NCBI GenBank assembly: GCA_020632515.1
Contig: JACKFK010000006.1
Coordinates: 139,876 to 203,875 of the forward strand
Reading direction: 5' to 3'
From: Candidatus Omnitrophota bacterium
Lineage (GTDB): Bacteria > Omnitrophota > Gorgyraeia > Zapsychrales > Zapsychraceae
DNA: 64,000 nucleotides
In this document: piece by piece, positions 25,185 to 37,500 of the stretch
Numbering within the stretch: the first letter of the stretch is position 1
How the letters are laid out: every line of letters starts with the position of its first letter
Position numbers and translations under genes: made by a program
Notes under the pieces: generated by a model
The model's input: only the letters and a program-made list of their open reading frames with translations
Told to the model about the DNA's origin: nothing
Database searches by the model: none

Positions 25185-25781
25185 CTAATGAGGGTTTGGG
25201 ATTTCAAACCAATTTCTTTCTAAACATTCCCTAAGTTGAAGACGGGAGCGATGTAAAAGGATCCAGTAATTCGATTGACTGATATTCATTATCTTGCATA
25301 TTGTTTTACCATCTAATTTTTGCAGTTCTTTCAGCGTAAACGCGTCAGCAGCGGCCTTGGGAAGTTTTCTTAAACATTGATGAAAGGTCTGCCAAAACTC
25401 TTTTTGCTCTAATAGATTTTTTGGATTTAAATCCCATTGAGACGGTTGTTTCTTTAAATGATTCGCCTGGTCAAAGAAATCATCAACGGATTGTTCAACG
25501 TTTTTTATATCTGTGACGGCTTTTTCTTTATACTTAGCACGGATATGATCAATAATTTTATTTCTCAGTATACTGATAAGCCAGGTCCGTTCGCTGGAAT
25601 TTCCGGCAAAGCTGTCTTTGCTTTTAAAAGCAGCTAAGAATGTTTCCTGGACGACGTTTTCTGCTTCTGTTTGATTGCGTAATTGTCCTAAGGCGTAATT
25701 GAAAAGATAATTCCCGTGAGTGTCTATCCATTGATCAGGGAAGAGTTTGTTTTTGACGGTTGTTGATTGTTCTTTTGCCAT
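25185..25781 (-). CDS. ECF-type RNA polymerase sigma factor
   Basis: Region 2 (AENVVQETFLAAFKS...F.G.S...TWLISILRNKIIDHIR) and region 4 (LKELQKLDGKTICKIMNISQSNYWILLHRSRLQLRECL). Confidence 0.88.
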   Translation of the reverse strand: MAKEQSTTVKNKLFPDQWIDTHGNYLFNYALGQLRNQTEAENVVQETFLAAFKSKDSFAGNSSERTWLISILRNKIIDHIRAKYKEKAVTDIKNVEQSVDDFFDQANHLKKQPSQWDLNPKNLLEQKEFWQTFHQCLRKLPKAAADAFTLKELQKLDGKTICKIMNISQSNYWILLHRSRLQLRECLERNWFEIPNPH

Positions 25782-25943
25782 AGGATTATTACAAATTTAT
25801 CAGAAAAGAGGTGTATGAGCAACTTCATAATGATCATTTAAATTTATATAGAATTTTATTGAATAGAAAAATGTTGTAAGGTTTGACGTTGGATGTCGAC
25901 TATTTAATAGTTTTTATGAGTAACATTAAAACAGGAGATGATT

Positions 25944-26630
25944 ATGAAATCAAAAAAAAGTCTTATTATTGCGCTGGTAATGTTGGGGATAGCGATTCTT
26001 ATTATTCTAGGATTAACAAGTCATAAAAATAGTTGTTTAAGTTGCATAAACTTAAGCTCTTTTTCTCCGGAATCAATCAGGCATTATATTGAAGGTTTTG
26101 GATCTTGGGCGATTGTGGTATATGTGCTTCTTTATACGGTTAATACTTTTTCTCCATTTTTCCCACCGATCTTCATAATGTCGCTGGCGGCCGGCGCTGT
26201 TTTTGGTCCAATTTTAGGTACGGTTGCTTTAACCTTAGGAACTTTTGCTGGAACAACGGCAGCTTTTTTTGCGGCGCGCTATATTGGAGGCAGCTGGATA
26301 CAGAAGTTAGTTCAAGGCAAAGGAGCTGATCTTTATAATAAATTAAGTAATAATGGATTCTTTATTTTACTGCCTGCGCGATTGGTTGGGTTTCCGCCAT
26401 ATGGATTAATCGATTTTATTTGCGGTCTTTCGAAAATGAAGTATGTGGATTTTGTCGCGGCAACAATGATTGGCGCCGTACCTTGGATTATTACGCAGGT
26501 TTTGCTGGCAGATCGGTTCGCTAATTTTAATCCTAAGGATCCGGTTCTTTGGGGATTATTAATTGTTTTTATTCTGATGATTGTGATTACCGGAAAGATC
26601 GTAAAAAATAAGCAGGCAAAAGAAACTTAA
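25944..26630 (+). CDS. DedA / TVP38-TMEM64 family membrane protein
   Basis: Multi-TM protein with a SNARE-associated-type core (VYVLLYTVNTFSPFFPP.....AAGAVFGP.LGT......T.G...AFF.ARYIG). ATG 25944 has better SD spacing than 25938. Confidence 0.8.
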   Translation: MKSKKSLIIALVMLGIAILIILGLTSHKNSCLSCINLSSFSPESIRHYIEGFGSWAIVVYVLLYTVNTFSPFFPPIFIMSLAAGAVFGPILGTVALTLGTFAGTTAAFFAARYIGGSWIQKLVQGKGADLYNKLSNNGFFILLPARLVGFPPYGLIDFICGLSKMKYVDFVAATMIGAVPWIITQVLLADRFANFNPKDPVLWGLLIVFILMIVITGKIVKNKQAKET

Positions 26631-26680
26631 TTCCTAATTTATTTTAAAATATTTGGATTGTTGATAAGAAAGGAACTCAT

Positions 26681-28108
26681 ATGCCTAAATATGATTATGA
26701 CATGATTGTGATCGGTGGTGGAGCAGCCGGCTTGACTGCATCAACAGCTTGTGCAAGTGTCGGTGCTAAGACGTTATTAATAGAGAAGGAGGAACAATTA
26801 GGCGGCGATTGTCTTCATTATGGATGTGTTCCTTCAAAATCATTGATCAAAAGCGCGTATGCGTATCATGTGATGCGAAATTCTACGAAATATGGGTTGC
26901 CGCAAATAGATGTGCCGGAAGTTGATTATCAACAGATTGCTTGTCGAATTAAAGATATTATTAATACTATTCAAGTTCATGATGAGCCTGGGTATATTAA
27001 AGAAAAATATAATGTGGAAACGCGTTTTGGTTCAGCTAAGTTTTTAGATCAGCATGCGATTGAATTAGATGGTCAAAAGATGAGTTCAAAGAACTTTGTG
27101 TTAGCTATGGGATCGTCGCCGGCGGTTCCGCCAATTGAAGGAATTAATGATGTCCCTTATATCACCAATGTTGAAATTTTTTCGTTAAAAAAATTGCCAA
27201 AATCTATGATTGTGTTGGGGGCGGGGCCGATTGGCATGGAAATGGCGCAGTCGTTTAACCGATTTGGTACAAAAGTCATGGTTGTCGAATTCGCGCCGCA
27301 TGTTTTACCACGGGAAGATGAAGATATTTCAGAAACTGTTGAAGCATTTTTACAGGCAGAGGGTGTGCAGTGTATGCTATCAACGAAAGGCGTTAAAGTT
27401 GAGCATAAGAATGATACCTTTTACTTAACAGTTGAAAGAGCTGGACAGCAATCAACTATTGACGCTGAATGTTTGTTGGTTGCAACGGGACGTGCTCCAA
27501 ATGTGAATGGTTTAGATCTTGAAAAAGCTGGTGTGGAATATGACCGGCGCGGCATTAAGGTTGACAAACGTTTGCGGACTAAATCCAAGAATATTTATGC
27601 GTGTGGTGATATCAATGGCAGTTTTCCTTTTACTCATGTGGCTGCTTATGAAGCTGGAACTGCTATGATGAACGCAATTTTTCATTTGCCTTTAAAAGTC
27701 AATTATACAAATGTTCCTTGGTGTACGTATTTGGATCCTGAGGTGGCATCAATTGGATTGAATGAAAAAAGGGCGAAAGAAGTAGGTATCACATACACGG
27801 TTCAGCGTGAAGAGTTGAAAAGTAACCATCGGGCGCAGGCCGAAGGTGAAACCAAAGGATTTATTAAGTTGCTTGTTAATAAGAAAGGGGTTCCTATTGG
27901 ATGCCAAATTGTAGGCGCTCATGCAGGAGACCTTATTCATGAATGGGTAGCGGTTATCAATGGAAAGGTAAGTTTAAATACAATTGGTAACGCTATTCAT
28001 GCTTATCCCACCTTATCTGAAATAAATAAGACCGCAAGTTTTAATTACTTCATTAATGCCTCGTTTTGGACAAAATTAAGGCTTCTTTTAAATTGGCGTT
28101 GTGTGTAA
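26681..28108 (+). CDS. Class I pyridine nucleotide-disulfide oxidoreductase (dihydrolipoamide dehydrogenase / mercuric-reductase-like)
   Basis: FAD site YDMIVIGGGAAG. Redox-active GGDCLHYGCVPSK. NAD site VLGAGPIGMEMA. C-terminal dimerisation HAYPTLSE. Confidence 0.88.
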   Translation: MPKYDYDMIVIGGGAAGLTASTACASVGAKTLLIEKEEQLGGDCLHYGCVPSKSLIKSAYAYHVMRNSTKYGLPQIDVPEVDYQQIACRIKDIINTIQVHDEPGYIKEKYNVETRFGSAKFLDQHAIELDGQKMSSKNFVLAMGSSPAVPPIEGINDVPYITNVEIFSLKKLPKSMIVLGAGPIGMEMAQSFNRFGTKVMVVEFAPHVLPREDEDISETVEAFLQAEGVQCMLSTKGVKVEHKNDTFYLTVERAGQQSTIDAECLLVATGRAPNVNGLDLEKAGVEYDRRGIKVDKRLRTKSKNIYACGDINGSFPFTHVAAYEAGTAMMNAIFHLPLKVNYTNVPWCTYLDPEVASIGLNEKRAKEVGITYTVQREELKSNHRAQAEGETKGFIKLLVNKKGVPIGCQIVGAHAGDLIHEWVAVINGKVSLNTIGNAIHAYPTLSEINKTASFNYFINASFWTKLRLLLNWRCV

Positions 28109-28148
28109 AGATTTTGGTTCTATGCCATTTTGTTTAAGGAGGATTCTT

Positions 28149-28238
28149 TTGCAAGCCTCTCTACTCTATACATATCTTCCAAAAGAGAAATATTTTTATT
28201 TTTCTAGAAAAAAAAGTAATTTTTTTTATATTTTTTAA
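28149..28238 (+). CDS. Possible 29-codon upstream ORF in the leader of giant gene 2 ((M)QASLLYTYLPKEKYFYFSRKKSNFFYIF)
   Basis: AAGGAGG (28136-28142), 6 nt, then TTG. Aromatic/Lys-rich. No homology recognised. Speculative. Confidence 0.2.
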   Translation: MQASLLYTYLPKEKYFYFSRKKSNFFYIF

Positions 28239-28495
28239 GTATGGTATTTTTTATATTTATAAGTTGTTGTTATAGAATTATTTACGAATCTAATTTAATG
28301 GTTTTGTAAAAGCGTTTTCAAGAAAAAATTGGCGTTAGTTGGCAATATGTGAATATATAATATATACTTGAATAAAAGTAGTAAAAGGTATGAATTTATA
28401 GAAGAGACTTCATCTTGTAACAAACTGAAAATAAGAGAGTTAGGATGAAAAGCAAAAATTGGCAAAGAGTCTATAAAAAGAAGGAAAACGAATAA

Positions 28496-28527
28496 CCTAT
28501 CTTTAGAAAAAAGAGATAGGTTTTTTT
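28496..28527 (+). promoter_or_regulatory. Terminator-shaped hairpin plus T7 tract ending exactly at the ATG of giant gene 2
   Basis: CCTATCTTT (28496-28504) pairs with AGAGATAGG (28512-28520), 9 bp including one G-U; 7-nt loop; TTTTTTT 28521-28527; ATG 28528. No SD between hairpin and ATG. Confidence 0.45.
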
Positions 28528-31500
28528 ATGTCTATGAACAGAGTTTTAAACAATAAACTATTGCAAACAATTGGGTTAGGGGTATTTTTGAGTATAATCC
28601 CAGTTGGTGTGCATGCCGGAGTACCCGAAGGGCCACAGGTGTATAGTCCAGTCAACGGAAGCCGGTTAGAAGGAAAGAGTGTGACATTTCGTTGGAGTAG
28701 TGGTGGCGTTGGGGTATCCGATATTAAGACATTATTGGTAGGGCGAAGTCCGGGATCGGCTGATATTTATGGGAATGCAATGATGGGGAATGCGGTCACA
28801 GTTAATAATATGCCAAATGATGGAAATCCAGTATATGTCCGATTGTGGTATCAATTAGATAATGAGAATTATTTTCAAGATTATGTTTATAACGTGACAG
28901 GAAGGTTAATGGGGATTAAACCAGTAGGGGTGGGTGTTGTTGTTGAGCCGGTGGTAGAACCGTTAGTACGAGAAGTAGCCGCGGGAGGATTCAGGAATAT
29001 TAGGGCCCCTAGTGTTTTAAATAATCCAATAGCGGGGGTTGAGAAACGGATGTGGATAAGTGGTTGGTGGAATGATACCGATGTGGGCGAGCAGCTGGAT
29101 AAGATTTATTATATGGATTATGCGAATGGAGGATGGGAAGTAAAGCGGCAGACGATAGAATGGGATGTTCGTAGCGTGAAGGAACATTTGGAAGCTGGAG
29201 CGATGGAAGGCGCAAGTATTAATAATCCAACGGTGATCCGACGGGATGGTGATGGAAATCTTGTGATGTATTATGATTATTTAGCAGAAACAGCTGAGAA
29301 TGGGGTAGAAAGTAAAGTCGGGGTAGCAGAGAGCGAAGATGGAGGAAGGACGTGGATAGATTATAGTTTTGACCGAGACGTGTTAGGGGGCCGGGATTTT
29401 GTGATAGACGAAGTAAATGGGGCTATAGGACCGAGCGCGGTGAAGGTCAATAATGGGGTATGGTTATATTATCATGATGGATTAGAGCCGATGAATGTAT
29501 GGCGGCAGCAGATGGGTACAGATGGGATTAGTTTAGTAGGGACAAGGGAGAAAGTGAATATACCAAGCGGGTATACCGGGAATGTGAGAAATGTAGATGT
29601 TACTTGGGATGGAGATAAGTATTTGTTAGCGGGAAATACGGGAGATTTAAAGAATGTCGTGGTATTTAGTTCGATAGATGGGATTAATTTTGAAGATCCA
29701 ATGAGTGTGGATAATCCATTTATTCGGGGAGGAAGCAGTTATGTGCTTACGCCGCATCTTGAGTATGTCGAAAATGATAAATTTAAGATATATCTTGGAT
29801 TTAATAATAGTCAAGAAGTTAACGGTAGTGAAAGTATTCTAGAGTGGTTGTATGAAAATCCGACGAAATCTAATCAGGCTCAAGTGAGTATACAAGCAAA
29901 TCCAAGCGAAATTGAGGCAGGCGAATCAACTGTTTTAAGCTGGGAAGCAACGAATGTGGATAGTTGTAGCGCGTCATGGATGACAAGTGCGAACTTAGGA
30001 AAGTTAAGTGGGGCGCAAGTTATTAGTCCACAAGTAACAAGTATTTATGAAGTTGAGTGTTTGAGTGAGACTGGAGATGTAGGGGCGAGTGTGACGGTGC
30101 AGGTAAAGGTGTCTAATGGAAGCGGAGAAAGTCAAGCGGCGGAGATGTTAAGACCAGGAGCTGGAGAAGTTATAAAGACATCGAGTGTGGTGTTCAGTTG
30201 GGATGGTGGAGTAAATGTTAGTGAATATTATTTGGGGGTGGCGACAGCGGCGGGGAAATTAGCAGTGAGTCCGTATGGTGATATTTATGCGAAGAACGTT
30301 GGGCAGGTGAAGGAAGTAACGGTTAACGGGATACCAAATGGAGTATCAACAATATATGCACGGTTATGGTCGAAGATTAGCGGTATATGGGAGTATAAGG
30401 ATTATAGTTATGCTGTTACAAATGGAAACAATAATAACGAGGGTGTTGAAGAGTTAGGGTCAGGGCAAGCACAAGAAGGAACAGCCAAATTAATTAAACC
30501 AGTCTTAGGAGAAAAGATTAAGTCAACAACGACATTTGAGTGGAGTTTAGGTCCGGATGTAAGTGAAGTGACATTATGGATAGGCGGGATTAATGGTGAA
30601 GCAGATATATATAAACAAAATCAAGGATTAAATACGTCGGTGACAGTGGAGAATATTCCGATGCATTTTGTGTGGATTTATGTCACGTTGTGGTCGAAGG
30701 TTAATGGGGAATGGTTATTTGAGCAGTATCAGTTTAGACCAGGAGAAGATGCTGGTGGTGATGGTGGTGGAGATGGCGGAAATAATGGTCCTAGTGGAAC
30801 TTTAGCCAAGATGATTAAACCAACATCAGGAACTGTTATAAATGGAACAAGCGTAACTTTTGAATGGGATGCTGGAGAAAAGGTAAGTGCGTATTGGTTA
30901 TATATTGGAAGTGAGGTTGGCCAGCGAAATTTAGTCGATAGCGGAGAGTTAAATGGGTTAACATTTCAATATAGTGAAGTTCCTCAAGACGGGATTAGAT
31001 TATATGTGCGTCTTTTTTCTCAAATAGAGGGGCAATGGTTTTATAACGATTATCAATATGGAACCCCAGGGGGCAATGATGGAGGCGGGGGTGATGGCGG
31101 CGGAGGAGGAGTAGTAGAGGTTCCTGCTGAGTTAATTAGACCTGCAACAGGGGCAGTTATTAATAGTAATCCAGTTCAATTTGAATGGAATAGCGGAGCT
31201 GGTGTAGGAGAATATTTTCTTAAGATAGGGACTGTTTCAGGTTCTGGCAATATATTGCAGGAATCAATGAAAAAAAGTCAAAGCAAATCTGTCGAGATCC
31301 CGTTAAATGTATCAAAGATATATGTGCAGCTTTTATCAAGAATTAATGGAACTTTTCATACCCGTAGCTATGAATTTCTTATAGATACAACTGTAGATGT
31401 TGATCCCGCAGATGCAGCGGAAATGCTAAGCCCTAAACCTGAGACAATGATTGATCAAACAAGTGTGACTTTTGAGTGGAGTTCAGGATCAGGTGTAAGT

Positions 31501-34500
31501 GAATATTTTCTGACGGTGGGAACAAAATCTGGTTTAGGAGATGTTTATGAACAATCTCAGGGATTAAATCGGAGTGTTACAATAAACAATCTTCCTTTGG
31601 TGAATTTAGAATTATATGTACGATTATGGTCGAAGATTAAGAATGAATGGATTATTAATGATTATTTTTATCCTACTAAGAGTAATTTACAGAAAAATCC
31701 AGATGCAGGGGATGTTGTTAAACCTGAACCAGGATCAACAATTTATTTTCCAGATGTGACCTTTGAATGGACGCCGGGTAAAGGTGTAGAAGAATTCTTT
31801 TTTGCGATAGGTCAAGATCCTGAGATTTTTGATATATATCGACAATTACAGGGGAAAAACACAAGTGTTTCTGTTGTGATTCCGATTGATGATCAAGTTA
31901 AATATGTGCATTTATGGTCAAAGATTGCGGGAGTTTGGTATGCCAATAATTATATTTATAAAACTGACGGCAGTAAAATTCCACCAACCGTGCCGACGAA
32001 TTTAAAAGTAACAGGAGTAACTGCAAACAGTGTATCGTTATCTTGGGGACCGTCAACCGACAATTATACGGATAGTCGAGGATTAAAAGGATATCGAATT
32101 TATCGTAATGGACAGTTAGTGGGGACAACGAGTGGCCGCACTTATACAGATGTAGGATTGTCGCCAAATCGGACTTATACATATCAAGTAGCTGCTTATG
32201 ACGGACATAATAATGAATCAAGTAGATCAAACAGTGTGAGTGCGACTACTTTAAATGGGGGTTTTAGTGGTCCGGTCTGTAGCGGAGGAGGATTTGATGG
32301 TGGCGGCACAGGAGTCGAACCTTTATGTCAGAATATTAAAGATTGTCCGCCAAATGGTATAGTTTATTTTGTGGCAGAAAATGGAGATGACAATAATCCA
32401 GGAACAGAAAATCAGCCCTTTAAGACAATTCAAAAGGCTGCGGATGTAGTTAAGGGAGGCGAAACGGTATTTGTCCGTAGCGGAACATATGCAGGATTTC
32501 GGGTTGTGAATCTGCACCCACCAGCAGGTCAATGGATTACTTTTAAATCCTATCCAGGAGAAACAGCCACTGTCAATACACAAAATGGCCCAGTCAGGTT
32601 GTCTGGAGCCAGTTATTTAATTTTCGAAGGATTAGAAATTACTAATAAAGGATTCGATAATTCTCAAAGATGTGATTTAGTGAATGATCCAACTGGTTCT
32701 TGTAAAGCCTTGGCTATTCAAGAATCAGGGGGGAATCCAGGGATACTAGTCGATAGTACTTATTTTGGTAATGCGGATACGGATACGCATCATATCATTA
32801 TCCGCCATAATAATATCCATCATAATAGAAGTCATGGGATTAATGCTTCAACAGGAGCTGATCCAGTAAAATATCCAAATGGGCAGGGGAATTATAAATT
32901 TGAGATTGTAAATAATCAAATTCATAATAATGGAATTAAAGGATTGACTGGAGGATATGGTACTTATGTTACGGGGACAGATTTAATCATCAAAGGAAAT
33001 ATTTTTCATGATAATAATGGACAAGGGATGCGTTTAGGAAACATTAGTACAAATAACAATATAGTTAATTCAATTATAGAAAATAATATTAGTTATAACA
33101 ATACTGGACCGTTGTGGCATAGTGGCAACGGTGGTAAAGTTGAGACCACCGCTGGATTCGGATTTATTCTTTATGGCGGACGAAATAATATTATGCGTAA
33201 CAATGTCGCGTATGGAAATTATGGGGGAGGATTGCAGGATACTACTCTAGAAAAAGCCAGGCCAGATAAGATTTATAATAACACTTTCTTTCATAATGGA
33301 ACTTATGGCATAACTATGACAGGTTATGGGGTCGCACAAAATAATATATTTTGGGGAAATGCCAAGAGAATTCCCGCATATGAAGTTGAGCTTTGGGATG
33401 AATCTTCAGCAAAGAATAATTTAGTTGGTGGAAATCAATTGTTAGTAAGAGCTAATAATAGCAGCACAGCGAGTAATAATATTTTGAATAAAGATCCTTT
33501 ATTGATTAACGCGGCAAATGGAAATTTTAGATTAAAAGAAGGAAGTCCAGCTGTTGATGCCGGGGTTTCAGTATCGGAAGTAACCACGGATTTTGATGGT
33601 AGCTTTCGTCCGCAAGGAGATAATTATGATATAGGTGCTTATGAAGAATTCAAAGGCAACAGCGGTGGCGGAGTTAAACCTGGAAATGGAATAATTTATT
33701 ATACAGCGACCAATGGAAACGATAGCAATCCTGGAACCGAGGCACAGCCGTTTCGGACAATTAAAAAGGGCGTTGAAACTCTTCAAGCCGGTGATACATT
33801 ATATGTCAAACAAGGAACTTACAATGAATCTATTATAAGTTGGGAAACAACCGTCCGTAGTGGCGCTTCATGGTCGAATCCAATTACAATATCCGCTTAT
33901 CCAGGGGACACGGTGACTATCCGTCCCAAACCAGGAAACGCAGCGTTTTGGTTTAAGCATGGACCAAATCTAGCTACGATTCAGTATATCGTCATTAACG
34001 GATTTATCATTGACGGACAGGGTACTGCTCTTCATGGAATTAAGTTTCAAAATAGTAAACCGCCCAAACAAGGATCAGATGCCTATAACGGACCGCATAA
34101 TATCCGTGTTAGCAATACAGAAATTAAGAATGTGACTGCCAGCGGGCTTTTGGTTAGTGGGGACGGGCATGAATTTTTACGATTGAAAGTGCATAATTGT
34201 GGAACAAGTTTCTTTGATCATGGGATTTACGCAAGTGGCAACAGAAACATCATTGCGGATTCCGAATGGTATAGTAACGCGGGATATGGCATCCAGATTA
34301 ATCATGAATCTAAAGGGTGGGATGGTAAAGTGTCAGAGCTTAACTCCCAAGAGAATATTATTAAAGGGAATTATGCGCATAACAACGGAACAGATACAGC
34401 TAAACCATTTGGCTGTGGGATTGTTTTTTGGTATACAAGCAATAATGTGGCATATAACAACATACTCAGTAATAATATAAACTGTGGAATACAACTGCGA

Positions 34501-37500
34501 CATAATAATTCAGTCTATAATAATACAATTTATGGGAATAAAAATAATGCAATTGTCACAGGTACGAATGCTGATAATTCAGAGTTTATCAATAATCTTA
34601 GTTTTAATAGCGGTCCGCATTCAATAAAGGCAGGTGATTTTGTTTTTGAGAATAACCTGACGGGGGTTGATCCTTTGTTTGTGAATCCTGCGAGTGGCGA
34701 TTTTCGCTTACGATCAGGATCGCCGGCGATAGATAAGGGTTTAGCTTTATCTATTGTAAAGGATGATTATCTTAAGGTTAAAAGACCGTTGGGTAACGAT
34801 TTTGACATTGGAGCGTTTGAATACAGGCCATTAATCGGAATTAATGGAATTAAAAGTGTTCAAACAAGTGTGAATCAAGGGGATCATAGTGTAAATAAGA
34901 CAACGTTGAGTTTATATGAGGCCTTTGAATTAAGTGTGATCAATAATGATACGTATTTTGATCCATCTGATCCGAAAGAAATAGCTCTGTTGGTGACATT
35001 CAATCATGAATCCGGAGAGTCCAGTTATAAATTGCCGGGAGTATACATAAAGAATGAAAGTGGTAATGTTTGGAATGTAAGTTTTATAGCTCCTAAAGCT
35101 GGTCAATGGGGATATACCTTTGAATGGGTTGGAGCATCACCAAATAAACCTGTACGAGGGCAAGGAGAATTTACGATTACATCAGATGAAGTTGTACAGA
35201 ATCAGGAAAGAATCTTAGGGGTGGTATCACAAAACAATTTAGTAGGTATAAAAGCTTCCGGGAAAACTTATTATGTGGCCACCTATGGTAATGATGCTGA
35301 TCCTGGTTCCGAATTGCAGCCATTTCGTACGATTAAAAAAGGTGTAAGTATTCTTGATGCGGGTGATACGTTATTGGTCCGGGCTGGGACTTATCAGGAA
35401 GCTATTTTAAGTTGGGAAACGACGGTTCGCAGTGGAGATTCATGGTCGAATCCTATTACTATATCTTCCTATCCAGGAGAGGTAGTAATTATCAAACCAT
35501 CTTCACAAAGTGCTGCTTTCTGGTTTAAAACTGGACCAAATAATTCTGTGATTCAGTATGTTGTGATTAACGGTTTTGTTATTGATGGTGGAGTACATGG
35601 TATTAAATTACAAGGATGTTTGTCTGGTGGAACAGATTCGTGGTGTTCAAACGAACCTGCACCAAGAAATATTCAGGTTAGTAATGTTGAAATAATGAAT
35701 ACTGATTTAAGCGGACTTCAGACAAATGGTGATGGGCACAGATTTCTTAATTTGAAAATTCATGATACAGGTAAATCAGGCTCTGGTCATGGTATTTATC
35801 ATGAGGGTACTAATAGTATTATTGCGCATTCAGAGATTTATTCAGGGACAGGTTATGGTATTCAACTTAATAACGAACATGCTGGACAAGTTTCAGAAAA
35901 TAATTTTCTTTATAACAATTATTCACATGGACATGAAGATTGTGGCATTGTTTTTTGGGTATCAAAAAATAATACTGCTTATAATAATATTCTTAGTAGT
36001 AATAAAAATTGTGGCATTAGAGTTCGTTTGGGAGGCGCTAAAGTTTTCAATAATACTATTTACAAAAATGGACCTTACGCTGGTGTTGTTGTGCAAGAAT
36101 TTGCGGATAATGTTCAAGTAGTGAATAATATTGTTTACCAAAATGGAACGGATATTCTTGATGCGGGTCCAAATACTATTAAGAGTAACAATTTGGTTGG
36201 AGTTGATCCATTATTGGTAAATCCAGCTGGAGGAAATTTTCATCTTAAAGCAGAATCTCCGGCAATTGATGTAGGTAAAACATTATCTGAAGTAAAGTTT
36301 GACTTTAATAATGGAGCTCGTCCTTTTGGTGTGCGCTACGATATTGGCGCGTATGAATATGGAGCTGCTCCGTCGAAACCTAGTGATAGTGGGGGGGGCT
36401 CTTCTGGTGGTTCAGGTGTATTTGATGATGAAACTCCAACAAGTCCAACTAATTTGATAGCGACAGCAACATCAAGTTCAACAATTCAATTATCCTGGAA
36501 TGGGTCATCTGACAATGTTGGTGTGATTGGGTATTATATTGTCCGTGATGGACAAATTATTAATTCAGTCGCGGGAACAAGCTTCACTGATGCAGGGCTC
36601 TCTCCAAAGACAACGTATACGTATCAAGTCATTGCTTTTGATGATGCGTGTAATGAATCCTCCCCATCTAATATTGCTTCTGATACGACACCAGAAATGC
36701 TTGTTGTGGGTGGTGTGGGAGGGAGTGAACCATGTCAAAATATCGCAGATTGTCCAGTAACGGGAATCGCATATTTTGTGGCAATGAATGGAGATGATGC
36801 TAATCCGGGAACATTTGATAAACCATTTAAAACTTTGAATAAAGCGGTTAACGTTGTTAAGCCAGGGGAAACGATATTTTTGCGAAACGGGGGTCCGTAT
36901 GCGGGGGTGCGACTTGAAAATATGGCGAACCGGAATGATGCATGGGTTACGATCAAATCTTATCCAGGTGAGCATGCGGTTATAGATGCGTCTTTGTCCA
37001 AAGGTGTTGGTTTTGATTTAAGAGGCGTAAGTTATTTGATTCTTGAAGATTTGGAAATTATGAATAGTCGATTTACCAATGATAAAGAGCCTGGTTTATG
37101 GTGTGATATTAATGAATTATCCTGCCAACAAGATGCAGAAAATTATCACCAACATAGAGCAATTGTAATTCATTCGACAAAAGAGGGGAATGCCCCGTGG
37201 ACACCTCATGATCTTGTAATGCGACGTTTAAATATTCATAGTCATGGTGGAACTGCAATTTTAGGATCTTGGGGGTCGTACAATATTCAAGTTTTGGATA
37301 GTCACCTTCATGATAATGGGGTTAAAGGGGTTTCGGAAGGGTATGGAACGTATATTTCCACGAACAATGGATTATTTAGAGGGAATATTGTTCATGATAA
37401 TAGTGGAAATGGAATGAGGTTTGGGAATACGCCGGAAGAGAATTATTGGATTCGAAATTCCATTATGGAGAATAATATTGTTTATGATAATGGCGGCCGT

